Positions 1-49,759 of a DNA stretch of 64,000 nt are shown here, one piece after another. Below the pieces are notes generated by a model. That model searched no databases. It was not told the DNA's origin and worked only from the letters and a program-made list of their open reading frames with translations. The translations under genes and the position numbers were made by a program. This DNA is from the human T2T-CHM13v2.0 reference genome, Homo sapiens. Each line of letters opens with the position of its first letter. The first letter of the stretch is position 1. The stretch lies in NCBI RefSeq assembly GCF_009914755.1, contig NC_060935.1. One strand, 5' to 3'.

Positions 1-1580
1 AAATGCTTTCTGTGTCCTGTTATTTTGGTATGCATATTTTATCTTTGATCCAACATAGTGCTAGGTACCTGGTAGATTTTCGGTAGAAAATTATTTTAAG
101 AGCCAAAGATAACCAGCATGGTCCAGTTATTCCAAGACCCACTCCCTGTATTCACTTCAGACTCAGCTTAAAAAGCAACACTCGATAAGGTCTCTGAGAC
201 TACCCTCCCTAAACAGCAATCCTGCATGGCTTCTCATACTCTGTGTTATTCTTCCTCACAGCACTTTTCTCCTACCATCTGATAACACTCTCGTGGGAAT
301 GTACATGTCATAAAAGCAAGAATTTTATTTTGTTCATTGCCATATTCACCCCGAGCCTAGCACATAGTAGGCACTCAAATGTTTTCTGAAGGTATATTGA
401 TCATTAGAAATTTTTGCCGTTCGCTTGGCCCAGAGGGATATAAATACAAGTCAGAAATAGATTTAGCCATTGTGTACACAAATAGCTATAGTCAAAATGG
501 GTTCAGATGATGTAAGAGAACTGCAGAGAAAACACTGGGATTGTTGAGCATTTTATTATGTCTAGCTGGCTCCTAAAGAAATGACATTTAAACTGGGTCT
601 TATTTCAGACCAGAGAAACAGGCAAAGGCCGAGAAACAAAGAAGAGAGGCAGGTGTAAGAAAAGGTGAAGTACTTGGTTTGGCTAGAACATACTAGTGAA
701 GAACTAAGAAGTTAGTTAGAAAGATAGGTTAGATCCAGGTCAATGGAAAGCCTTAAAATCCAAGCTGAGTTTGGATTTTATCCCATTGGCTGTGAAAATT
801 GATTGTTTATTTTTTCCCTTCTTCAAAAGGCAGTTAAATGTCATAAGAATTGGATCTGCATAGAAAGAGACACTGAAGACCAAGGCTGGAATTTTAATTT
901 TAATTTTAATTTTAATTATCACCAAGGAGTTTGCATTAGGCCAATACCACATAAATAGAAGGTAGGAATGACCACAGATTGGCAACAAATTGACTAGTCA
1001 GATATGGAGAACAAGGTAAATGAAAGAAGCTAAGAAGATTCTTCAGGTTTTGAACTTGTGGGAAGTAAGATGGTGTTGTCATTAAATACAGAAGTAAAGT
1101 ACATGAAGAAAGAGCAGATTTAAGAAAGATTAGTTTAATTCTGAACATGTTGCTTTGAGGTGCTAGCATTCGAGTGGAGGAAATGTGGTAGAGTAGATAG
1201 TTGGAAAAACTACCAAGGCCTAAGATTTGGGCATTGTTTGCTAAGTAGTTTTTAAAGCCCTGAGATTGCAAAGGAACAGGAGAGAGTACACGGAGAAAGA
1301 ACTGAAAATAGCAGAGAGCAGATTCTTGGGAAATACCGCTTAAGACGATGGGGGAGAAAAGCCAAGAAAGAACAAAAGGAAGTAGGAGAACCAAGAGAAG
1401 ACAACACTGCAAAACCCAAGGCAAGATCGTGTTCAGGAAGAAGTAGAATTCAAACCTGTTTGCTTCAGAAAGAGCTCTGGTATAACCTCAGAAGTGTGAC
1501 ACGGATTTTTTCTATCATCTCATTCATTATCCTGCTATACTGTTCAGCGTAGTTCTTCACACACATAGTAGGTTCTCAAT
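1..1580. mobile_element. Old L2 fragments
   Basis: L2 3'-end motifs (gcctagcacatagtaggcactcaaatg; cacatagtaggttctcaata) and purine-rich L2 body; boundaries loose. Confidence 0.55.
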
Positions 1581-1879
1581 AATCTAGTTTAGGGACTACT
1601 ACTTGACAGAATGTTATGTAGATGTAGATGTCTGAGCCACAGGCTGCTGATTGTGCAGTCTAGGGTCCTGCGGAACACTGGAAAGTAAATACATTGGGAT
1701 TAACTTGTGCTTTGTAGGGTTTCTTTCACGTTACCTATTTCATATTCCATTTGTGATATATTCTTGATCTTGTCTATTTTCTCTTTGGTACATGGTAGAA
1801 ATTCTATTAAACAATAATCAAAGGATCTCAAGGTGCTAGGAAAAAAACAGTTAATGGACTTTAAAGATTGGATAAGTGC

Positions 1880-2137
1880 TTTTTTTTTTTTTTTTTTTGG
1901 ACCGAGTCTCACTCTGTCGTCCAGGCTGGAGTGCAGTGGTGCAATCTCAGCTCACTGCAACCTCTGCCTCAGCCTCTTCAGTAGCTGGGATTAAAGGCAT
2001 GTACCACCATGCCCGCCTAATTTTTGTATTTTTAGTAGAAATGGCCAGGCTAGTCTCAAACTCCTGACCTCAAGTGATGCATCCGCCTCGACCTCCGAAA
2101 ATTTTGGGATTACAGGCGTGAACCACCGCACCCGGCC
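1880..2137 (-). mobile_element. Alu (AluS-type, internal deletions)
   Basis: Poly-T followed by reverse Alu consensus. Confidence 0.9.
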
Positions 2138-2347
2138 AAAAAAAGATTTCAATAGCATTTTTCGAACAAGTCATGGATATAAAGACTTGGATAATTTGGT
2201 GCTGCATTTTATCCACGAAAGACAAAGATAGCACTGATGGTGACCTTCCAGTATAGCATTAAAAAAGAAAAATCTGTTCCTAATAGAGGATTGTTAGGCA
2301 GTCAGTAATTGATCACGATTTGACTTGAAATTTTATAGTACATTTAT

Positions 2348-2695
<348 letters not shown>

Positions 2696-2874
2696 TTATT
2701 GGGTCAAAGGAAAATAGACACGTATTCAGTAGCTTGTTTAGTGTAATAGTATCTATATCATCTGTATCCTGTTTCTGTGGCAATAGCATTAAAGAGAACA
2801 AAGGTAATCTGATCAAAGGACACATGGAAAAGTAGAGACTACATCTGGTATGTTAAATGGTACTGTGTGACATC

Positions 2875-3512
<638 letters not shown>

Positions 3513-4329
3513 TGTGTGATATCTTTATAACCATATCCATTAAACAGGTTGTGAGAACAAAATTAAGTAATTGTTAACAGTAGCATATGCACTTATGTAG
3601 AAATTTTTGTGTGGTTTGGATGTTAGCATCTCATTTTTGGTAAAGGAAGAGGAGTTTGGGTAAAATTTATCTCTTTAAGGTCTGGTTCAGTGAAAGAAAG
3701 CATTTATTAGGTCTGGATACTTAAAAATTCTTTTTATTAAGACTTATTTATCTTTTATTTAGATATGTTATATGATGATAAATATACTTGATAAATACAC
3801 CTGCAAAGCAGGAAATAATACATTGGTTTCCTAACATTTTTTCTTCCGTGATAGAGTGATTATAGCAGTGCATAAGTTCTTACACTTATTTGTTGAATTC
3901 TCTTACCTGTCATCCTAAAAAAGTAAATTTGTCCATGTTCATGCTTAGCTATTAAGCTTTATTAATTCAAGATTAAAAGCTTTAAGATATATGACTAAAT
4001 TTTTTCTCTTGTTTACTTCATAATATCTATTTGAATGGAGGAGATACAAGTGGAGGCAGTGAATGCAACAGTATTTCTTCATTGTGTTTGTATCTTTCAT
4101 ATGATCTTACAGCAAAAAGTTTCTAAAACCCTTCTTTAAATAAAGAACAAGATCACTGAATATGTAACATCCTCAACAGCGCATTTCTTTTCTCTTCTCT
4201 ACTTTTTTATATCCTTGAATAATACTGGCCAGAAAGAATATTTGAAGAGGTTCTTTCTAAATGTATTTTAATATTCATGTTAATTATACATCTTGTATGG
4301 TGAATTTGGTGCATTTAAAATAAAAATAA

Positions 4330-32416
<28,087 letters not shown>

Positions 32417-35400
32417 CACACCATCTCCCTGCTGCAGGTTTAGAGGACCAGTGAGTTGGGAGTTATTACTCAAGTGGCACCTAGAAGGGCAGGAGTTCCT
32501 TTGGTGACTTCACAGTGAAGTCTTGCCCTCTCTGTGGGATATCACATCAGTGGTTCCAAGATTTCAAAGTGGTGAAATGAAAATGGAGCAGCTAGTATGT
32601 TTTATTATTTTATGGGTCTTGAGTGCATTTGAAGGTGTCCTTCAGTTCCCACGTAGAGAGAGTGTGGATTATATTACATGATAACCTACCTGGGGAACAG
32701 TCCAGAAAGCTATAGAACAAGTATTTTGCTGGAAATCCTAATTGAGGACTTAAGACTTCCTGGGTTAAGGATGTGGCCGTGTGTGTGTGTGTCTGCCTGT
32801 GGTTGTATGTGTCCTTGTGATTATAAGATTAACCTGCTGTGTGTGTTAATTCCAGGCAGGGAATTAGCACAAAAGGTTTAGGAAGGAATCTTTTTTTAAA
32901 GACTTCCATCTACTGTGGTATTATACCCAAGCCTAGTGTGTATTACAACTTCAACACTCCCCTTTGGCTTATATTACCATGTGCATAGCTAAAGTCTTCT
33001 ATTTTTAGAACACCTTCTGTCTGTTCTTTCCCCATCAACTCCTTCCTCATCCTTCTTGGTGTTCTGTCATGGGCCATGGGCTTGCTATGGCCAGCCTTAC
33101 TGAGGCCAAGCAGCTTATGGGATGTTCTTTATTGTGTGTGATGGTATTGGTTTGTTTGGTAGATAAGTGGGAGGAAAAGTACTGTTGCTACACTATTATA
33201 GGCATGTTTGATACTAGCAGCTAACACTGGTCACTCCAAAGCACTGTTTCTATAGGAACATTGAAGCTATTAAGATGTTTTGATTATCCTAATTACATAA
33301 TGACCGATTTGAGATAGAGGCCTTTAAATACATTCCATGCCCTCCCCAGAAAATAGTCTGTGGGAGTCAGTTGCCTTGGTGCCAGGTATGTGTTCTGATG
33401 TAGGTCATGAGTCTTTCTACTTAATGGGAAGGGAAGAACATTTGTTTCCAGGATGACTTTCTGGCCAGAATACCGGAAAGCTTTTAGGAAGCTTCGTTCA
33501 CATGCTATTTAAATGCACAAAATAGACAGTAAGGATTTATCTGTTCAGTTTTTCTTCCCAGTGAATTAATTTCAGCTTATATGGGTGTCTTCATTTGAAC
33601 ATGAGGAATATTAGGTTATATTTTCAGCAGTGGTTTTTTCCTTTGCCCTTTAAGGAGTGGGGATAATGTCCACGGTGGCCCAGCCTCTTGCTGATGGCAC
33701 CTTCCCTGCATTGCTGCCTCCCGATGATGTGGTTCTTTTCTTGTGCCTGTGGCTTTGGGAATGTAACATCTCTTTCCTCCTTTCCTTCCCTTTTCCTCTT
33801 CACCTGAGGTCCTAAATACTCTCTGTAATTACTGTGTTCTTCACGGTAATTAGACATCATTCAGTGAATAAATTACTGTAGTCAAAGACAGTATGGGCTG
33901 GCAGTTTGTGTAATTGCAAGTTCATAAAGAGAATTGAGGGTCCAGTTGGGAGAACTATTAGTCAGTTCTTTTATATGCTGATAAATGATCCCTCGAGTTC
34001 AGTTAGTATTCTGTCCAGAGTGTTTAGCTCACTTTCTTAGCAGTGTGTAAGCTTTCTCCATGTCAGAAGCAAGCCTGCTCTTTGATAAATCTGTCTTCCT
34101 GAAAATCTAAATCATGCTTTTGTCTTTAGATCTACACAGAAATGACCCTCCTTGGATCAGTTTTCTTTCCAGTCTAATCATCTTTGGAACTAAAACTTGT
34201 TCTAACTCGTCTCTTGGCATTCAGCTACTCCTAGATCTTTTGGTTTTATCCCCTGGCCTCAGAGCCATTTATATTCCCAGAGTAGGCAGTACAGGATCTC
34301 GTGTTGATTTGCTGTGGTTACCCAGTGTCTCCTCTACATGGCATAAAGCGGCAAAGCCCACCATTAGGTGAGGCGGTCCCGAGTTGAGGTAGAGTGGGGC
34401 AGAGGAAGATGGCAGTGAATATCAAACAGTAGACCGCCATCAACTTCTAACAGCCAGTACACACACTGTTTCATTTTGAGGTAACGTTCAGTTTTGCATT
34501 TTGTTTAAATATTGAAGGCCTAGACAAAGAACTAGAAAAAAAAAAGCAGTTTCCAGGCCCATCCATATTGTAATTTTTCTTTATCTGCAGATATTGCCTG
34601 TAGTCTAAAGATCTCTTTGGAAGACAAAGCATTGGCTATATATCTTTTGCCTTTTCCATGCATCTAAATCTTCTCTGGAGATTATCTCCCTACTGTGTAG
34701 GTTAAGGGCAGTCTCGACTTTTCCTTTTTTGAGTCCTGTGTGGCTCTTTGAATCAGCGTGAAACTGAGGCTCCAGCTCCCTGTGTTGTGTGTGTGTGCCA
34801 TCCATGGGCTTGGGTGTCAGTTTGTCACAGGTATCTGCCAGCATTCAAGGTTTTGGATCATTTCATGAGGATCTTTCCTTTGACTGGGTGCTGTGAGGAC
34901 ACACCTGGGTCTGTGCCTGAGATTGCCAGGCAAGATTAAGGAAAGTTTTCATGTGGCTTTTGTTTTGAGGTTATTCTCAAAACCTTAATTTCTTATATTT
35001 TCTGTTGACTAAGGCACCAGTAACCCATTCTTCACCCTCCATTTGTATGGCAATTTAAAAGTCTTTGGCTTTGCTCTGAATTTAATTAAAACTGCCTTTT
35101 ATGAACAGACTTCGAGTTTTGCCATTTTGGGCAAGCCCTTCCGCTTGTCCCTTCCTAGTGGCTAATAAAGTAAAAAAACCCACACTACTTTGTTCTCTTT
35201 TTCTCATATTCATTGGGCTGTTGTATTCAGCCAGTCTCATGCTTTCCCTGGGTCTTCACGGATTGCTTTCCAAGCTGCCTTGTTGCGGGGTTGCTGCAGA
35301 GCAGCAACTGGACCTTTCCAGCTGTCGCCATGTTCCTTCCACTAAAGTAGAGGGTTCTTAAAATGGAAAAACCTGTGGGCTCTTCATATACCTCCCTTTA

Positions 35401-37265
35401 GTTAAGTAATAGACCAGGCAGCTTCTCATCTCAGCATTTACCTGTTAATATTTTTGTGAATAGTGCTCTCTACCTGTGGGTGGCCGTTCTCTTCCACTTG
35501 CTCGTCTCCCCCCAGCCCCATTCTGCATAATCTACCATTCTTCTCCTCTCTTTCTCTTCTTATACAGACCCTCATTACTGGGGCCCAAGATGTGGGATAC
35601 TACTGTTAGTATTATTTAACTATTTTGTAGATTTAAAAGATTTCTGGTTAAGGGAGGTGGGGGTCACTGTTCATCACTCTTAAAATATGTGTTTTCTCTA
35701 TAGAAAAGTAAAATGTGTTTATGGTCCCAAACAGTCAACTCACAAATTTTTATAACAAAATTTCCTTGTAAAAACTAGGGACCATCTATATATTCCCTTT
35801 AAGATCTAGTTCTTTTTGTAGGTGTTCAGCAATGGTGATAAAGCAGAATATTCTCCTACCTCACGTCATTAAAGTCAGAAGATTATAGACCTTCTCAAAC
35901 TATAAGTCCCTCTTCTTGCCGTTGGCCTTTCTGACTCTGGAATGACCACTGTTCATTGAAAAATAGTTTTCTGACTATTGGTCTGGCTCTAACAGTTTGT
36001 TTGTTCATCCAGCAAATGTTTATGAGTGATGACCATGTGCCAGAAATGTCAGGTATGTGTCCTTCCCTTGGCGCCACATAGTAGTTTACTAATGTTTGGG
36101 GGATTGTACTTGGACTGTCATAGCCTCTGCGTTTGACCTTAAAATAGCTCTTCCCAGTAAGATTGTGCAATTTTTATTCACAGCTCTTCCATGTAGACTT
36201 ACCTTTCCTCATAGAGCTATCCTGGTTAATAACAGGCCAAGATTCTCCCATTATCCCCTGTTGTCTCCTGTAGCTTTGATAATGCCTGGGAGATTCCTTG
36301 GTGTAAGTGTCATGGATACCGACTGTTTTTATGTTGGAATTTGTTCCAACATAATTAGAATCTGTTTGGTGAGTTGAAAGGTAAGTTGGCTCAGAGTTGC
36401 ACAGTAGGGCATTAAATGTTTAAGCAAAGCATCTGCCCACACTCCCCTTTCCAATCTAGTGCCTTCCTTGAACTTTTTCCTGAGCTGCTACGTCCCTAAT
36501 GCCCCTTGTTGGGAGGATTTTCGTATCACCCTTATGGGACCTGTCACCATGTCCTGTACTATTTGGAATTGGTTTTCCAGTCTTTCAACAACCGTTGTGG
36601 CTAACTATGTTTTAGAAGGGCTGGAGGTGTGGGCCCTGTCTTCGGGTCTCAGGACCCAAAGATCCTTTAGTCAGTTGTTGGGTCTTCCAAGAGCCAGACA
36701 TTAATACAGATTGAACTCCATCAGTCCCCTAATTGTCAGCCTTTACCTCCCTCCCAGAGCAAGGAGTTTAGGGATTCTAAAGCTTAGTGTCCACACATCA
36801 TTCTACCAGACCTTAGAGCTTTAGAAGCTCAATCTAAAATACTGTAACTCAGCATAAACTATTACTATCACTCCTTTGAACTCAGTCTCCATGAGCAGTG
36901 TTTTGTTGGAAATACATAGAACGGCTTAATGCCTAGAGGGTGGTGGATAGTGAAGGACGGTCAAGGTTATATTTTTGACTGCTTAGGGATTCTTTGGATA
37001 CAAGAAACAGAAATGTTCAAGCGGAATAAAGGAGGGAGTGGAGTTGTGGTAAGGATGCAGGGTATTTCGCAGAACCCAGGACGGGAAGTGCCTTTGGTTC
37101 TTGGGTGGAGCTGGAACTGCAGAGCTTTGCACCTAGTCCTTTCTCCCGCTTCACAGTCTGCTTATGGTATATGTGGCCCCCAAATAGGCACTCTAGTCCT
37201 CAAGTCTACACCACCTTCCAACTCTGGGGATCACCATGAACAAATTCTCAATTTCCCATACTTAA

Positions 37266-37558
37266 TTTTTTTTTTTTTTGAGATGGAGTCTCGCTGTGTC
37301 GCCCAGGCTGGAGTGCAGTGGTGCAGTCTCAACTCACCACAACCTCCGCCTCCCAGGTTCAAGCAGTTCTCTGCCTCAACCTCCCGAGTAGCTGGGATTA
37401 CAGGCGCCTGCCACCATGCCCAGCTAATGTTCATATTTTTAGTAGAGACAGGGTTTCACCGTCTTGGCTAGGCTGGTCTTGAACTCCTGACCCTCATGAT
37501 CCACCCACCTCGGCCTCCCAAAGTGCTAAGATTACAGGCGTGAGCCACCGCGCCCGGC
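37266..37558 (-). mobile_element. AluS in the CBL 3' UTR (antisense in CBL mRNA)
   Basis: Reverse Alu consensus; TSD-like CATACTT. Confidence 0.92.
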
Positions 37559-40500
37559 CCATACTTCGTATTCTTAAAAAAAACTACACTCAGCCCAGCA
37601 CATTGATCAAGTATCTATCTCTGAGCAGTTGGCCTTGCCAGGGAGAGCAGAGATGTGGCAGGCTCCTTCAGCTGGAGACAGGGAGCTTCTCAGAGAAGTG
37701 AGCAGAGACTCCACAGACACCCTAAAAAGGCTTCTACTCAAGAAGTAAAGCCACTACTCCTGCCTTTTTGCTTAGTGGACAGGAAGGCACAGGAGTTTGT
37801 CTGGGACATCATAGAAATTCTTAGGTTTAACTTAATTCTGGTCATTGTCTTCTTTATTTCCTGTTTTTCTTCCCTTTGTCAGTCTTCGCATCCAAGATTT
37901 CTTCCCTCCCTCTTGTGGGCCAGCCTGTCCTGTTCCAGAGCTAGCCTGTTCCTGGGTAGCCTTCCTTAGCCTCCATTCAGCCTCAGGTCTTTTGCCTTCT
38001 TCCGTGTTTATTTAGAGAGCAGAATCTAATAACGGGTTCCACTGTAGCCACTATCCATGGACTTCTGGGTCCTCTTCAGGTTTGAGTGCTTGAAAATGTT
38101 CATTCTCTGGGCTTGTGGCCTGTCTCCTCCACTCTCCTCCTCACCCTCTCGCTCCTTCCTGTGTGAGGGCCGCTCTGCAGTAATGTTCTCAGGCAAGCCT
38201 TCCTAGGCACCTCAGAAACTACTTTGCCAGAGCCAGTAAGAATATATAATATTGGAGCAGTTGCCAGGATAGAAATTAAATATAGATTCCAGTTTAGGAT
38301 AGAGTTTTTACCGAGAGCTCTTCAGACAGTATACCTGTGTCTTCTCTGGCAATTGCTTTCATTTTAGTCCTATATAAAAGCTTTCCTTTTCTGTTTTTTT
38401 TTAAAACTATGCTTTTGCTTGCCCAAATCTTTTGATCTTATATTTCTCTCATCTCAGAGCCTGTCCTGAGTTGTAAGGTATTTCATACTGCCTTACTTAA
38501 AAGTTTTTTAAACTACTAGAGTCATTTGATACACACAGAAGTTACCTAATAATCCAAAGATGTCCATCAAGGGAGGAAGGGTGGGTCATCAGACTTTGCC
38601 TTTGATGTTGTAGACTAGGCTCCTGAGTTAAGCAGCAGAGGGACAGCAGTGCCATGTGCCTTCACTGTGTCCCAGGAAATCTGGGTTGGTTCCAGTGGGA
38701 AATACCAGTATTTCTTGGTTCTGGAAAGTAGCAAAAGAGTAGGAGATGGGGAAATAGGGATGGGGAGAGCAAGCCCCGCATGTCCATGGCGAGTCAGGTG
38801 GGGAGCACGGGTGGAAGGGCCGGCTGTTGACAGACAGACTAAGCTGTGTGGTGCTCTTGCCGCCCCTTCCTGGGTACAGAGCTTGAGAAAAATGCAGCCG
38901 ACCACTCCCTGTGTTTGTACAGAGCAAAGCCCAAAAGCCAACCTCAGATCTCCTGATTTGGCAGCTGAAGAAATCAGCAGAGTCCTGATTGCCTGATTCA
39001 GTCCCAAAAATGAATGTCAGGCCCCGCCCCCTCCCCACCAACATTGCCTCTCCTACATTCTCCTTCTGCCCCTAAATCAGACAGGAGGCCAGAGAGGAGT
39101 ATTGCTCAATGCGTGCTATGTGCAACTCCTCAGGCCTTGTGCCACCTCCATGCTGAGCCCTGAAGCAGGGTGTCCTGGGTGCCTGTGTGTCAGCTCCCTC
39201 CTCTCTACCTACCTCTGACCTTCTTGTGGGTGAGGGTGGCCATGCTTATGGCCATCTTAAAACTGGAGAGGCAGAGAACTACTTATGAGTCTGTAGACCA
39301 CGTGTTGTCTTCCATGGCCTGTTTCTCCTGCTGTCTGGGTGAGTGAGCCTGCAACGCAATGCCCATGAGAGTAAATGCCTCCTGACCTACCCTGCTCAGC
39401 ACTGTTCTAGTGTCTTGGCCTTGAAAGAAAAGCCTGACTTCCTGCTGACACATGTGGTAGGGGCATGGCAGCTATGAGGCACCTCCTACGTCTGTTTTCT
39501 GGCTGTGGTGACTTGGGATTTTTAACCTTATATATCTTTTTCCTTTACTCAAAACAAAACAATTTTTAGCACACTGAAAAAAAAAAAAAAGCCAAATGTT
39601 TTGTGCCTTTCTAAGGCAGCACTGTATCCCAGGCTGCATTTTAGGACTTAATATGGAAATACCAGAGTCTGAGCTCCTCTACCTTGAGTTTCATTAGTCC
39701 TTAGTGTCTAGGAGACAGGAAAGAATGCTCTCTGTGACTGGAGAGGTGACATGCAGGTGCAGTGTGTCTGGAGTCCCTTTCCCCTGCTGTGAGACTTCAG
39801 TGGAGGAGAGAAGCATTGTACCCTGGGATCATTTGGTTGGTTCCAATCACAAGCTTAGTTATCAGGTTGCATGCCTTGTCTCCTGCAAAAGACAGAATGT
39901 TTCACAATTCCCAGGTAAACTCTGGACCATTCCAAGTGTCCTAGCCTTCTGATGACATTAATTACCTAGTTGTGTGGAGGAGTATAGGATGGACTCTCCT
40001 GAGAAGGGGAGGTTGGTGGCTTTGTCTTTTCTTTTTGCTGGATCCTGAACTGGTCTAGACCTCCTGCCCCCACCCCCCAGCCCCCATCAGATGTGGCTGG
40101 CCTTTCATTTGAAGGCTTCAGACTTAAAGCATTAAGCAGCTAGTGCCCTCTGCAGGGCCTGGTTTCCCCAGGGAAGGGCAGCAAGGAACATGGGACCAGA
40201 AGCCTGTCCTCAGTAATGTGACTATAGTGAGCTTTAGCAAAAGTTTTTCTATATAATGACATCTTACTTATCTTTTACCCTTTCCTCAGTTTTCCCCTGC
40301 CTTTAACTAATAAAGAATTGGGAGACAGAAATTTTAAAGTCCTCCTTATTCAAGATTTTGAAATTCTTAGCCTGGGAGTGCTGGAGAGAACCTGATGCTT
40401 TCTCCAGAATGAAGAGTCCCAATTTGTATATCAGTGTTAAGAAGAAAACAAAACAAACACATAGGTGAGATTTTCGTGGACTATTTTAAAAATGTGTCAT

Positions 40501-40759
40501 TAATATAAAAAATTTATATTAGCAGTATTTAATCATTCTCACCTGTAAAGAATAAGAAAAACAGAAGGTAAATATTCTTACAGAGAATAGCAGAGCTTTA
40601 AGATTCATTTTCATTTTAAGTCCATTTTATTTTGCCAGTGTATTAATGTTTAGAAGTCTGTTTTACTAATGTTATTTATTAATTTTTTTTCATTTCCATA
40701 CACAGTTAGTTAACTAAAGAGCTTTTTCAAGCACCCATGTCTGTAAAAAAATATTTTTA

Positions 40760-40765
40760 AATAAA
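40760..40765 (+). terminator. CBL distal polyadenylation signal AATAAA
   Basis: AATAAA in an AU-rich block followed by gtttcttttgttgtagca. Confidence 0.8.
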
Positions 40766-41182
40766 GTTTCTTTTGTTGTAGCAGACTTGAGTTCTTGCTC
40801 ATTCAGGGGGTTGGGAGGCAATACTCGAGTTGCCGTAGGACCAAATGCCAAGGCCCCCTTCCTCATGGCGGTGAGCCTGAGCTGCTGTCTGGAGGGCAGT
40901 TCCAAGTGGCAGGAAAGCATAGGAAGGGGACACAGCTCCTGCTAACAGCCTGCCAGGCCCTTCGTGCTGCGTCATCAGGGCAGTTTTGCTGCTGAAAAGT
41001 AGGGTGACTGTCTGCTCTGGTAGAACTTGAGCCATTTGCTCAGAAGCAGAGGTAACCCCTGATCTCTGCTGCCAACTGGAAACGGTTTTGTGTGCCTTTT
41101 GGTTGTAGTTTCACAGGCCCCCAGGTTCCTGTGGTACCCATGATGAATAAAAAGCAATGTATGATTTCTGGGACAATTAAGC

Positions 41183-41188
41183 TTTATT
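41183..41188 (-). terminator. MCAM polyadenylation signal AATAAA
   Basis: tttatt on + = AATAAA on -; U-rich downstream element (ttgctttttatt on -). Confidence 0.8.
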
Positions 41189-41191
41189 TTT

Positions 41192-41320
41192 CATATATAT
41201 ATATATTTTCATATATATATATACATACATATATAAAGGAAACAATTTGCAAATTTACACACCTGACAAAACCATATATACACACATATGTATGCATACA
41301 CACAGACAGACACACACACC
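41192..41320. repeat. Compound (TA)n/(CA)n microsatellite at the MCAM 3' end
   Basis: tatatata...catacatacacacagacagacacacaca. Confidence 0.85.
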
Positions 41321-41536
41321 CGAAGCTCTAGCCAGGCCCGTTTTCCATCCCTAAGTACCATTCTCTCATTTGGGCCCTTCTAGGGTTGGGGCCCTGAGCT
41401 TGGTTTGTAGAAGTTTGGTGCTAATATAACCATAGCTTTAATCCCCATGAAGGACAGTGTAGACCTCATCTTTGTCTGCTCCCCGCTGCCTTTCAGTTTT
41501 ACGTGATCCATCAAGAGGGCTATGGGAGCCAAGTGA

Positions 41537-41906
<370 letters not shown>

Positions 41907-42518
41907 CCGGCACGTATCTTTTAAGGAATGACACCAGTTCCTGGCTTCTGACCAAAGAAAAAATGTCACAGGAGACTTTGAAGAGGCAGACAGGAGGGTG
42001 GTGGCAGCAACACTGCAGCTGCTTCTGGATGCTGCTGGGGTGCTCTCCGGAGCGGGTGTGAACAGCGCACTTCAACATGAGCAGGCGCCTGGCTCCGGTG
42101 TGTCCTCACTTCAGTGGTGCACCTGGATGGTGGAAGCCAGCCTTTGGGGCAGGAAACCAGCTCAGAGAGGCTACCCAGCTCAGCTGCTGGCAGGAGCCAG
42201 GTATTTACAGCCATAATGTGTGTAAAGAAAAAACACGTTCTGCAAGAAACTCTCCTACCCGCTCGGGAGACTGGGGCTCCTTGCTTGGGATGAGCTTCAC
42301 TCAACGTGGAGATGGTGGTGGACTGGTCCCTGAAAAGCGGGCCTTGCAGGGCCAAGTGAGGTCCTCAGGTCCTAACCCAGTGGCCCTCTGAAAGGGGGTG
42401 TGCAGGCGAGGGGAGCAGGAGGCTTCTCTCTAGTCCCTTTGGAGGCTTTGGCTGAGAGAAGAGTGAGCAGGGAGCTGGGAATGGTCCAGGCAGGGAAGGG
42501 AGCTGAAGTGATTCGGGG

Positions 42519-49734
<7,216 letters not shown>

Positions 49735-49759
49735 GCTTCCCGGCCGGAGGGCGAGAGCC

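Larger units (their letters stand above)
32417..40783 (+). other. CBL: CBL 3' UTR (~8.4 kb)
   Basis: Follows the stop codon. Repeat-poor except one Alu. Ends at AATAAA 40760-40765 with U/GU-rich context; 3' end approximate. Confidence 0.85.

Noticed and set aside
936-1424. 162-aa hydrophobic minus-strand ORF (also the 194-aa ORF at 19504-20088)
   Set aside because: Lies in degenerate L2-like purine/pyrimidine-skewed sequence; non-ATG start, no splice or domain support
40381-40407. Short hairpin CTGGAGA...TCTCCAG in the CBL 3' UTR
   Set aside because: A 7-9 bp stem is expected by chance; no IRE/SECIS/snoRNA consensus
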